The notes under the pieces were generated by a model. That model worked only from the letters and a program-made list of their open reading frames with translations, searched no databases and was not told the DNA's origin. The translations under genes were made by a program, and so were the position numbers. Source: Alphaproteobacteria bacterium (GTDB lineage Bacteria > Pseudomonadota > Alphaproteobacteria > UBA9219). Taken from it: 64,000 nucleotides of DNA. Shown here piece by piece: positions 17,193-25,950 of this stretch. The stretch covers positions 8,581 through 72,580 of the forward strand of contig JABDAH010000002.1 of the NCBI GenBank assembly GCA_013289265.1. Reading direction: 5' to 3'. Within the stretch, counting starts at the first letter, position 1, and each line of letters opens with the position of its first letter.

Positions 17193-18916
17193 TGGCACAA
17201 ATCCTCGCATTCCAGACAGGGGCTGACGGCGAGGAAATCACTTCCCGCGCCCCCAGCCGTATCGGCGAAAAACTTTTACAATCTGGCCTTATTACTCCCG
17301 ATCATTTGCAAATCGCGCTGCATGAACAGCGGCGCAGCGGCACAATGCTCGGTTCTATTCTGGTTCGGCTCGGTTTTTTAAAAGAAGAAAAACTCGCCAA
17401 CATTCTGGCCGAGCGCACCGGCTATAAAAATATCGATCTGAAAAAGGCGTTGATTGATCCTGACCTGATGGCGATGCTGCCCAAGGCAGTGGCAGAGCGG
17501 TGCCGCGCTGTACCTATTAGCCTCCTCTTCAATCAACTCGAAATTGCAATGGCCGATCCCTATGACGTCGTCGCGATGGATGAGTTGAGCCGCTATTTCC
17601 CACGTTCGGTCGATATAGTTCCCTGCGTCGCGCCTGCGAGCGATATCAGCGATATTATCCAGCATTACAGCGGTTTTACGACATCGCTGGACAGCATTTT
17701 ACAGGAACTGGAAACTGGGGAAGATAGTGCCGCAACGACCGAGAACTGGCAGCATCCCATTGTTCGACTGGTCAATACGATTTTGTTTGATGCCGTGAAG
17801 CGCGGCGCGTCGGATATTCATCTGGAGCCGGAAACAAATTTCATCCGTATGCGTTACCGTATCGACGGGGTATTGCAGCAGGTACGCTCGCTGCATCGTT
17901 CGCACTGGCCGGAGCTGTCGCACCGTCTGAAAATTATGGCAGGCATGAACATCGCCGATACACGCAGCCTGCAGGACGGTCGCTTTAATATGCAGGTAGG
18001 AGGTGCCGATATCGATTTCCGCATGGCTGTGATGCCGACGGCGCAAGGCGAGAATATCGTCATTCGCGTGCTTGATCACCGCAATGCTTTGCTGCCGTTG
18101 GAACAACTCGGCTTTCACGGCGAGGCGTTACAGGAACTGCTTAAAATTCTGGACCGGCCCGAAGGTATTGTCCTCGTTACCGGTCCTACAGGCTGCGGAA
18201 AAACCACGACGCTTTATTCGATGCTGAATAAAATCAGCACGCCAGAAGTCAATATCATGACCCTGGAAGACCCGATCGAATATCAGTTCAATTTGATCCG
18301 CCAGACTTCGGTACAGGAACAGCAGGGACTAGGTTTTGCCGAAGGGGTGCGCGGCATTTTGCGCCAAGACCCCAATATTATCTTCATCGGCGAAGTGCGC
18401 GATGGTGAGACAGCGCAGATGGCCTTGCGCGCCGCTATGACGGGACATCAGGTTTTTTCCACCCTGCATTGTAACGATGCGCTGGGTGCTTTACCGCGTC
18501 TCATTGATCTTGGCCTGCATCCACGCATGCTGTCCGGCAACATCACAGGCGTTATTGCACAGCGTTTAGTCCGCAAACTTTGTCCGCATTGCCACGTGAC
18601 GAGACTCGCAACGGTGGATGAATGCGCCATACTGCAGTGCGACGATGCGCAACCGCCAATAATCGCGGAAGCTGCAGGTTGCGCCCATTGCCATCATATC
18701 GGCTATCGCGGTCGCATCGCCATTTCGGAAATTTTGCGCCTGACACCTGAACTGGACGAACTCATTGCCATCGATGCGCCGCGTAGCGCCATGCAAAAGC
18801 AGATAGCCGCAACGGGTTTTCGCAACATGCGGCAGGACGGTGTTGCCAAGGTACTGGCACATACCATAAGCCTAGCCGAACTACGCCGCAGCGTTGATAT
18901 GACGAGGATGAACTGA
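17192..18916 (+). CDS. GspE/PilB-family assembly ATPase with an MshEN-type N-terminal domain
   Basis: Walker A (GPTGCGKTTT). Tetracysteine motif (CPHC..CAHC). Tandem RxGxxLLxxGLIxxxxLxxxLxxQ-type motifs near the N-terminus. The ATG overlaps the upstream stop (TGATG). Confidence 0.9.
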   Translation: MAQILAFQTGADGEEITSRAPSRIGEKLLQSGLITPDHLQIALHEQRRSGTMLGSILVRLGFLKEEKLANILAERTGYKNIDLKKALIDPDLMAMLPKAVAERCRAVPISLLFNQLEIAMADPYDVVAMDELSRYFPRSVDIVPCVAPASDISDIIQHYSGFTTSLDSILQELETGEDSAATTENWQHPIVRLVNTILFDAVKRGASDIHLEPETNFIRMRYRIDGVLQQVRSLHRSHWPELSHRLKIMAGMNIADTRSLQDGRFNMQVGGADIDFRMAVMPTAQGENIVIRVLDHRNALLPLEQLGFHGEALQELLKILDRPEGIVLVTGPTGCGKTTTLYSMLNKISTPEVNIMTLEDPIEYQFNLIRQTSVQEQQGLGFAEGVRGILRQDPNIIFIGEVRDGETAQMALRAAMTGHQVFSTLHCNDALGALPRLIDLGLHPRMLSGNITGVIAQRLVRKLCPHCHVTRLATVDECAILQCDDAQPPIIAEAAGCAHCHHIGYRGRIAISEILRLTPELDELIAIDAPRSAMQKQIAATGFRNMRQDGVAKVLAHTISLAELRRSVDMTRMN

Positions 18917-20121
18917 TGCCCGCTTATAGTTATCGCGCGGTTCATACATCGGGTATCATCGCGCGCGGTGACAGGCAGGCAGCGAACGAGTCTGAATTGG
19001 CACAGCATCTAACATTTTCTGGGCTGGAATTAATTGACGCCCGGATTAAAAAAGAAAATCGCACAGCCTTGCGATTACGGCGCCTGCCACCACGGAAATT
19101 GGCCGTTTTCTGCACCCAGATGGAAGATATGCTGAAAGCAGGCGTTTCTTTCACCGACGGCCTACGTGAAATTACGGTCAGTGAAGACAACCGTCTGCTG
19201 CGCGATACTCTCACCGATATTTTGCAGGACATCAATCACGGTACGCGCATTGCTAAAGCTTTCGCCACTTATGATCGCCTCTTCCCGCCCGTCTTTATCG
19301 CCATTTTACAATCTGGCGAGATCAGCGGCGATCTGCATGAAACTTTCGCGCAGCTCACCCGCTACGCCGAAAGCCGCGCCAAGACGACGGAACAACTGCA
19401 CCGCGCATTACGATACCCACTATTTCTAATGCTGGTCGCTTTTGGCGTTGTCAGTTTCATGATGGTAATGGTTGTGCCGAAAGTAACCAGTTTCCTCAAT
19501 ACTATCGATAGTCAATTGCCATTGATGACTCGCATATTAATCACAGCTTCCGATGTGTTTGCTGAATTATGGTGGCGGTTGCTGGTAGTCTTGCCCCTCT
19601 TCGGCCTGATTACCGCCTTCCTCTATAAAAATTCGGAAAGAACTGCGCAAACTATCGACAGCTTACTGCTGCGCCTGCCATTGCTTGGCAATATCATTCA
19701 CAAATTGGCGCTGGCGCGTTTCGCGCATAGCTTTGCCATTTTATTTCAAAGTGGCATCGGCATTGTTGCCAGCCTGCGCAGCGCCAAGGTCACGCTTAGC
19801 AACCACGCATTGGAAGCCATCATGGATGATGTCGTGCGGCAGGTGCAGGCCGGGCAATCCCTATCGCTTGCCATGACGGGTACGCTGCCAAGCTTTGCCA
19901 TCCGCATGATCCGTACCGGGGAGCGCAGCGGCAAAATGCATAAAAGCCTGAACGATATCGCTACCGCCTATGACCGCGAAGTAACGGATGTTACCCAACG
20001 CGTTATCGGCATGCTGGAACCTGCACTTACCATAATGATCGGCGGTATTCTGGCCTGGGTCGTGCTGGCGGTACTCGGCCCGATTTACAGCTCAATTGGC
20101 AAAATTACGGGGGGATATTAA
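18916..20121 (+). CDS. GspF/PilC-family inner-membrane platform protein
   Basis: 401 aa with duplicated T2SSF-type regions and three TM blocks. The start overlaps the upstream stop. Confidence 0.85.
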   Translation: MPAYSYRAVHTSGIIARGDRQAANESELAQHLTFSGLELIDARIKKENRTALRLRRLPPRKLAVFCTQMEDMLKAGVSFTDGLREITVSEDNRLLRDTLTDILQDINHGTRIAKAFATYDRLFPPVFIAILQSGEISGDLHETFAQLTRYAESRAKTTEQLHRALRYPLFLMLVAFGVVSFMMVMVVPKVTSFLNTIDSQLPLMTRILITASDVFAELWWRLLVVLPLFGLITAFLYKNSERTAQTIDSLLLRLPLLGNIIHKLALARFAHSFAILFQSGIGIVASLRSAKVTLSNHALEAIMDDVVRQVQAGQSLSLAMTGTLPSFAIRMIRTGERSGKMHKSLNDIATAYDREVTDVTQRVIGMLEPALTIMIGGILAWVVLAVLGPIYSSIGKITGGY

Positions 20122-21614
20122 TGGCCATCATCCCTTTGCAGAAATCAAAATTTATCCTGATGATTGGTGACGACGGAGTGCTGTGCGTTCCCTATGACGT
20201 GGCTGCCGTGAAAGAACCTATTTTCGCAGCACATACGGATGAGGCCGCCATTCACTCTGTGACTATCTTACTGGCAAAGCATCCCAAAATTCCGGTAATT
20301 TTGCTGGCGGATATGCTAGCGCAGGATTTCCGGCCTGAAACTCTTCCCCGCTTAAGTCTTCTGGACCGACCTAAACTTATTCAACGTCGCCTGAAGCAGG
20401 CTTTTCCACAAGCACGACTTACAGCCAGTTACACTCTTAAATCCAGCCGCACGAAAATTGTTATGGTCGGACTACAGGATGAAAGCCCCCTATTCGATTG
20501 GTTGGAAAGAGCAAAATCACATCTGCCACGTATCGGCTTATTGCCATTGGAAGTGGCCAACCTTGTAATGCGTCTGCTGCCGGATGCTAAAGATAGTTGG
20601 GCGATGCTGCTAAGCCAGCAACGCACCGGGGGCTTTCGTCAGATTGTGACGCATAAAGGCGAGCTAATTTTTACGCGTCTGACAGCGCCACTTTCAGACG
20701 GCGCAAGCGGGGATGAAATTGTTGCCGCGCTTCAACGCGATATTAAAGCCAGCCTTGGTTATCTCGGTCGCCTTGGCCTTAGCGACACTAACCAGCTGCG
20801 CATTTTCCTACTCCTGTCCGATGCTTTGCACGAGGCGGGGGGAAATCTCGGCTTGCCTGTGCATTCCGTTACTTGCGTATCGCCGCACAAGACCGCAAAG
20901 CATCTGCGCCTGCCTTTTATTCCCAATGCGACAGATCCTTATAGCGACCTGCTTTACGCAGGATATGTCGCGCGAAAACGACGACTGACATTGCCCTTGA
21001 TGTTGCCTGACATGAAAATTGTGCGGAATAACATGCTCATCAAACAAGGCGGCATGCGTGTAGCCACGGCGGCAATGCTACTGGCGCTCAGCCTCACAGG
21101 TTGGCATGCCGTTGGGCTGATTAAAACTTTTGCACAAACACAAGGGGAAGCGCTGCAACTGGTGCATTTGCAAAATCAATTGGCGCAGGCGCAACAAACT
21201 GCCGCACCTCTCACTGAACCTTTGGGCAGGCTACGGCAAGCTATCGAACGGCAACGGCTATTCTCGGAACAAACCGCTACTCCGTGGCAGATGCTTTCTG
21301 CACTCGGCAACAATCTTGGTACCGAGACGCGACTAACCAAGTTCGATTGGCAAAATGATAGTGATGATGCTTCGCACGAAGTTTTGCATGCGGAACTTAA
21401 GCTAAACGCTCCCTCAGAACCACAAGACCGCGAGCAAATAATCAATCAGTTCAGGCAAGTGGCACAAAATCTAAACCAGCTGATGCCCGATTATGTTGTG
21501 AGTGTGGAGCATTACCCCTTTCCCGCCACGCCGAGTGAAAGCGTCAGCAACAATACCGCAGATAGCAAAAATGCTGCCCCAGTAGCCGAAATTACAATCA
21601 GGAGAAAGCCATGA
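20121..21614 (+). CDS. Hypothetical bitopic membrane protein; GspL-like or fused PilM/PilN-like role inferred from architecture only
   Basis: About 300 aa cytoplasmic part, one TM (VATAAMLLALSLTGWHAVGLI), then a coiled-coil periplasmic part. Start and stop overlap the neighbouring genes. Confidence 0.4.
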   Translation: MAIIPLQKSKFILMIGDDGVLCVPYDVAAVKEPIFAAHTDEAAIHSVTILLAKHPKIPVILLADMLAQDFRPETLPRLSLLDRPKLIQRRLKQAFPQARLTASYTLKSSRTKIVMVGLQDESPLFDWLERAKSHLPRIGLLPLEVANLVMRLLPDAKDSWAMLLSQQRTGGFRQIVTHKGELIFTRLTAPLSDGASGDEIVAALQRDIKASLGYLGRLGLSDTNQLRIFLLLSDALHEAGGNLGLPVHSVTCVSPHKTAKHLRLPFIPNATDPYSDLLYAGYVARKRRLTLPLMLPDMKIVRNNMLIKQGGMRVATAAMLLALSLTGWHAVGLIKTFAQTQGEALQLVHLQNQLAQAQQTAAPLTEPLGRLRQAIERQRLFSEQTATPWQMLSALGNNLGTETRLTKFDWQNDSDDASHEVLHAELKLNAPSEPQDREQIINQFRQVAQNLNQLMPDYVVSVEHYPFPATPSESVSNNTADSKNAAPVAEITIRRKP

Positions 21615-22225
21615 CCAAACTGCAATGGCATTATTTCTGGCTGCACCGTTTTTGGATCATTCTGCTTGCGATTTCCATTACCCTGATAACGACCAGTTCG
21701 CCGCTGTTGCGCGTAGCAGAAGAAAAAACATCGGCAAATTTGGCGCACATCAAAACGCAACGCGTGCAAGCCGAGCAGACGCTCCGTCAACTACAGGATG
21801 ATGTCGCCGCTGCCCAGAAGCTTGGGACACAAATGACGCTGTCAGAGGCAGAGCAATTTCTCACCCCCGTTGATCGTTTACTTGCTGCCAATGAGCTAGA
21901 ACATGAAGCGGCAGTTTCACATATCCAGCATTTCGATTATACGCTGGCACCAGAACAGCGCATGAAAAAGAGCAGCACACTTGCCGAACCACAGGAGCTT
22001 TTTGTCAGTACCGTTACAATCAGCGGCGAAGCACCGAGCGATATCGATATCTACCGCTTCATTTCTCGCATGCCCCTCGCCTTACCAGGGAAGTTAAGGC
22101 TGCAACAATTGTCGCTTGACCGCATGAGTAAGGAAAGCGCTGTCAGTACGTATAACGTGCGCTTTAATGCGACGCTGGAGTGGCTGTCGAATGGCACAAC
22201 GCAAGATGTGGCAGGTGGGTTGTGA
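21611..22225 (+). CDS. Hypothetical N-terminally anchored protein; GspM/PilO-like role inferred from position only
   Basis: N-terminal TM (FWIILLAISITLITT), then a coiled coil. ATGA overlap with the upstream gene. Confidence 0.35.
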   Translation: MTKLQWHYFWLHRFWIILLAISITLITTSSPLLRVAEEKTSANLAHIKTQRVQAEQTLRQLQDDVAAAQKLGTQMTLSEAEQFLTPVDRLLAANELEHEAAVSHIQHFDYTLAPEQRMKKSSTLAEPQELFVSTVTISGEAPSDIDIYRFISRMPLALPGKLRLQQLSLDRMSKESAVSTYNVRFNATLEWLSNGTTQDVAGGL

Positions 22226-22269
22226 GCAACCCAGTTTGTAAAATCCTGCAAACATGTATGCGATGGAGT

Positions 22270-22376
22270 TCCCCTCCCCTCGCGGGGAGGGCTAGGGGTG
22301 GGGGCCATCCATTACTCCAAATGTTCGGATCGCGGAGCTCCCCCCTCCCTAGCCCTCCCCGCAAGGGGGAGGGAAT
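22270..22376. repeat. G/C-rich palindromic repeat element (two hairpins), same family as 33580-33708
   Basis: Hairpins ccctcccc-tcgc-ggggaggg and ccctcccc-gcaa-ggggaggg. The 36-mer ccccctccctagccctccccgcaagggggagggaat (22341-22376) differs at one position from 33673-33708. Confidence 0.85.
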
Positions 22377-22767
22377 CGCAGCAGCACTTATTGCAGTATT
22401 GTTGTGCACTTCCGTGCACGCCACAGAATCCGAAGCCCTACCCAAAACCTCACTGTTCTTTTCGGAAGATGAAACAAGGCAGATTGAGGTGTTGTCCGCC
22501 AAAATAAAGCCGCCCAAAAATGATGGGAGCGGCATACATTTGGGTGCTGTTATTTATTATGGCCCGGAAAATTGGACCCTATGGCTACAAGGAGCCAAGT
22601 GGACTCCAGCAACGGACCGCCCTGACTTGCATGTCGTCAGCGTCACACCGAGTAACGTACAGTTAAGTTGGCAGCGCAATGCCAAAGCACCGCTGCAAGA
22701 AATTACCCTGCACCCCTATCAAACCTACCATATTATGAGTGGGCGCGTGGTCGAAGGTCTGCGTTAG
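22321..22767 (+). CDS. Hypothetical secreted protein, last gene of the pilus-like operon (start uncertain: 22258 or 22321)
   Basis: From the ATG at 22321 the sequence MFGSRSSPLPSPPRKGEGIAAALIAVLLCTSVHA|TE is a plausible signal peptide. The start codon and n-region lie inside the repeat element. Confidence 0.5.
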   Translation: MFGSRSSPLPSPPRKGEGIAAALIAVLLCTSVHATESEALPKTSLFFSEDETRQIEVLSAKIKPPKNDGSGIHLGAVIYYGPENWTLWLQGAKWTPATDRPDLHVVSVTPSNVQLSWQRNAKAPLQEITLHPYQTYHIMSGRVVEGLR

Positions 22768-23942
22768 CGGTCGCTCGCTACAGACATTTCCAAATAAGCT
22801 AGCCTCTGGCGAATGGTGGGCAGCGAGATAGACAAATGCGTTGGATCATCCTCGTTCATGGCGGCGCGCAGCACTTGCCGGTAAAGCGTCGCGGCATCGG
22901 CACGATATCCGGCACGGTCGTACAGCACCGCCAGATCCAGACGATAGAGGATATTATCGGGCTGGATCTTGATGGCGTTATTCAGGTGATTATAAGCCTT
23001 CTCATAATAACCACGCCGTGCTTCCAGTTTTGCCAGCGCCGCTTGCGCCGCTGCATCATGCGGGTTGGCCGCAACCTTTTGTTCTAATTCGGTCATAGCG
23101 GCAGGCAAAAAAGATTGCCCTAATGCCGTCACCAGATTGGCACGCAGGGCGTTATTATCCGGGTCCAACTGCACCAAACGATGGCCGATTTCGACAGCTT
23201 GTTCCGCTTGCCCCGTATGCTGAAGCGCAAACATTTTGCCTTCTAACGCGGTATTATTATTTTTGTCGCGCTTGAGAACCTGGTCATACAGCGCCAAGGC
23301 GGCCTGATCATCACCAGCGACCAGCAACCTGTGCGCCTCGGCCAGAAGCTGTTCGGCAGTCAGGGCACGTTCGGCATGAAAGCGCACATTCTGAATGGAG
23401 GATTGAGCAGAAACCGATTCATGCTTCACCTCATGCAAAGCCGGTAAGTCACTGAGATCCTGGGCAACTACATTAATAGCCGGCGCACTTTCCGGCGCAG
23501 GGGCAATTGTATTTGGATCTTCGTTTGGGTTCTCCTGTGACAGGCTTTCTGCAGGCAGAACAATGTCATTATAGGTTTCGCCTTTTGGTGGCGGCAATTC
23601 CGATACGGGGGTCTCCATAGCCACCTTTTCCGGAAGTGGCAGCTTTTCCGCTACCTTCTGCAGTTTATCGTCATGTTCCAGTTTGACGATAATTTTTGCG
23701 GCAACGGGTTTTGTCTCGATCGTTTGCTCAACCGAGGCAGTCGTTAGGGATTTTTTATCCTTACTTTCCCATAAAGCGATTGCCGACATCGTCGCAATGG
23801 AGGTGAGCAAAATAATAACTGCTGAACGAAAGACAAATTGATGGTTTTGCGCCTGCGTAACAAATGTTACGGCGCGAGGCTTGCCCGGTTTGGGGCGAAA
23901 ATCGTTTGCTGCGCTTTGCAGCTTTTTTAGCAAGGCGGCCAT
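22764..23942 (-). CDS. TPR-repeat protein with an N-terminal membrane anchor (MshN-like by context)
   Basis: TM (VIILLTSIATMSAIALW), then an acidic linker. The C-terminal half is made of TPR-like repeats (ALALYDQVLKRDKNN..AVEIGHRLVQLDPDN..AYNHLNNAIKIQPDN..). Convergent with the operon, with a 4-nt overlap. Confidence 0.7.
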   Translation of the reverse strand: MAALLKKLQSAANDFRPKPGKPRAVTFVTQAQNHQFVFRSAVIILLTSIATMSAIALWESKDKKSLTTASVEQTIETKPVAAKIIVKLEHDDKLQKVAEKLPLPEKVAMETPVSELPPPKGETYNDIVLPAESLSQENPNEDPNTIAPAPESAPAINVVAQDLSDLPALHEVKHESVSAQSSIQNVRFHAERALTAEQLLAEAHRLLVAGDDQAALALYDQVLKRDKNNNTALEGKMFALQHTGQAEQAVEIGHRLVQLDPDNNALRANLVTALGQSFLPAAMTELEQKVAANPHDAAAQAALAKLEARRGYYEKAYNHLNNAIKIQPDNILYRLDLAVLYDRAGYRADAATLYRQVLRAAMNEDDPTHLSISLPTIRQRLAYLEMSVASDR

Positions 23943-24125
23943 GTTTAAGTTTAAAGTAAACTGGCAGGAAGGTGGGACAACACCCTTAACACACTATGGT
24001 ATTTTTAGGCAAGCTTGAGCCAATATCGATTTTTCTCTGTGTGGCTATAAAGTTGCGTCGAATCTGCGATTCAGCCACAATCGCCCCGCCCTTCTTTATA
24101 TACTTACCGTCCCTGAGGTTTTTCC

Positions 24126-24215
24126 ATGATTTTTGAACTCTATCTTGGTGGTGGCGTTGCCCTGGCGCTCGGCCTTTACCTTGCCTATGCCCTTCTTCAT
24201 CCAGAGAAATTTTGA
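24126..24215 (+). CDS. kdpF: K+-transporting ATPase subunit F
   Basis: 29-aa hydrophobic peptide MIFELYLGGGVALALGLYLAYALLHPEKF*, 7 nt upstream of kdpA. Confidence 0.8.
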   Translation: MIFELYLGGGVALALGLYLAYALLHPEKF

Positions 24216-24222
24216 GTAATCC

Positions 24223-25950
24223 ATGAATATCTATGCACTTTTGCAGTTTGTTGCCTTTGCCGCCGTTAGTGTTGGCCTGATGCTGCCACTTGGCATCTAT
24301 ATGGCCAAGGTTTTTAATGGCGAAGCCACATGGGCGGGTAAAGTTCTGGGACCTATCGAAGGACTGTCTTACCGCCTCTGCGGCGTTCGCGGAGCCGAAC
24401 AGCAAAACTGGGCGCAATATGCTGGCGCAGTCATTATCTTTAATGCGCTAGGCGGCGCGGTTTTGTTTTTGATTTTGATGCATCAGGATCAACTGCCATG
24501 GAACCCCCAAGGCCTGCCGGGCCTGCCTTATGATCTCGCTTTCAATATAGCGGTCAGTTTTGTCACCAACACAAACTGGCAATCTTACGGGGGCGAGACA
24601 ACGCTGAGTTATTTCAGCCAGATGCTAGGCCTCACAGTGCAAAACTTCATGGCCGCTGCGACGGGCTTTGCCGTTGCCGTCGCTATGGTGCGCGGCTTTA
24701 CCCATAAGGAAAATCCCGGCCTCGGCAATTTCTATGTCGATGTCACGCGCGCCATTTTTTATGTCCTGTTACCGCTCTCCTTGCTCTTTGCACTGTTCCT
24801 GATATGGCAGGGCGTGCCGGATAATCTGCAACCTTATGTGCAGGCGACCACACTGGAAGGCACACAGCAAACCATTGCCCAAGGCCCCGTTGCGAGCCAA
24901 ATCGCCATTAAGATGCTAGGCTCCAACGGCGGCGGTTATTTTAACGCCAACGCCGCACATCCCTATGAAAACCCAACGCCGCTGAGCAACTTTTTCCAAC
25001 TGATTAGCATTCTGCTACTCAGCATCGGTTTGATCGCCGCTTTTGGCAAAATGGTCGGTGACAGACGGCAGGCGTGGGCGCTTCTTGCGAGCATGACGAT
25101 CCTGTTCATGATCCTGCTGGGACTTTGTTATTTCTCCGAAGCCAATGGCAATCCGGCTTTTGGGCATCTGAATATAGATCAGATAATCAGCGACACGAAT
25201 TCCGGCGGCAATATGGAAGGCAAGGAAGTCCGTTTCGGTATCTTCAATTCGGCGCTATGGGCAACAACGACCTCCGCTACGTCCAATGGCTCCGTCAACG
25301 CTATGCATGACAGCTTTATGCCGCTTGGCGGTCTTGTGCCTCTCTTTAACATGCTAGTGGGCGAAGTCATTTATGGCGGCGTCGGCTGCGGGCTATACGG
25401 TATTTTGCTTTATGTCCTGATTACCGTCTTTATTGCCGGACTTATGGTTGGCCGCACGCCGGAATATCTTGGCAAGAAGATTGAAGCGCATGAGATCAAA
25501 CTCGCGGTCATTGCGCAGCTGCTCTACCCCATCTGCGTGCTTGGCTTTGGCGTTGTTTCCTTGCTGGTACCGCTGGGTGCAAGTTCCATGAGCGCAACCG
25601 GCCCGCACGGTCTGACGCAAACCATTTATGCCTACGCATCGGCCGCTGCCAACAACGGCTCTGCCTTTGCTGGCTTTAATGGCAATACCGTCTTTCAGAA
25701 TATCATGCTTGGAATCGTTATGCTGATCGGCCGCTACGGCGTGATTATTCCGGTACTGGCGATTGCAGGCTCGCTCGCCGCCAAGAAAATCACCCCGCCA
25801 TCAAGCGGTACTTTCCCAACGCATGGGCTGATGTTCGTAGTCTTACTGACTGCCGTCATCGTCATGTTTGGCGGTCTGACCTATTTTCCGGCTCTGGCGC
25901 TTGGCCCAGTGGCCGAGCACTTATCTCTTTTTCAAAGTGTCGCCCCATGA
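24223..25950 (+). CDS. kdpA: K+-transporting ATPase subunit A
   Basis: 575-aa polytopic protein with KdpA-typical segments ([22 protein letters not shown]). First large gene of the kdp operon. Confidence 0.95.
   Translation: MNIYALLQFVAFAAVSVGLMLPLGIYMAKVFNGEATWAGKVLGPIEGLSYRLCGVRGAEQQNWAQYAGAVIIFNALGGAVLFLILMHQDQLPWNPQGLPGLPYDLAFNIAVSFVTNTNWQSYGGETTLSYFSQMLGLTVQNFMAAATGFAVAVAMVRGFTHKENPGLGNFYVDVTRAIFYVLLPLSLLFALFLIWQGVPDNLQPYVQATTLEGTQQTIAQGPVASQIAIKMLGSNGGGYFNANAAHPYENPTPLSNFFQLISILLLSIGLIAAFGKMVGDRRQAWALLASMTILFMILLGLCYFSEANGNPAFGHLNIDQIISDTNSGGNMEGKEVRFGIFNSALWATTTSATSNGSVNAMHDSFMPLGGLVPLFNMLVGEVIYGGVGCGLYGILLYVLITVFIAGLMVGRTPEYLGKKIEAHEIKLAVIAQLLYPICVLGFGVVSLLVPLGASSMSATGPHGLTQTIYAYASAAANNGSAFAGFNGNTVFQNIMLGIVMLIGRYGVIIPVLAIAGSLAAKKITPPSSGTFPTHGLMFVVLLTAVIVMFGGLTYFPALALGPVAEHLSLFQSVAP

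Noticed and set aside
22164-22535. 123-aa minus-strand ORF and 69-aa plus-strand ORF (22298-22507) rich in P/G/R/L
   Set aside because: These are translations of the palindromic repeat element, which reads open in several frames.
23986-24417. 143-aa minus-strand ORF
   Set aside because: Antisense to kdpF and the kdpA start, and to their promoter region.
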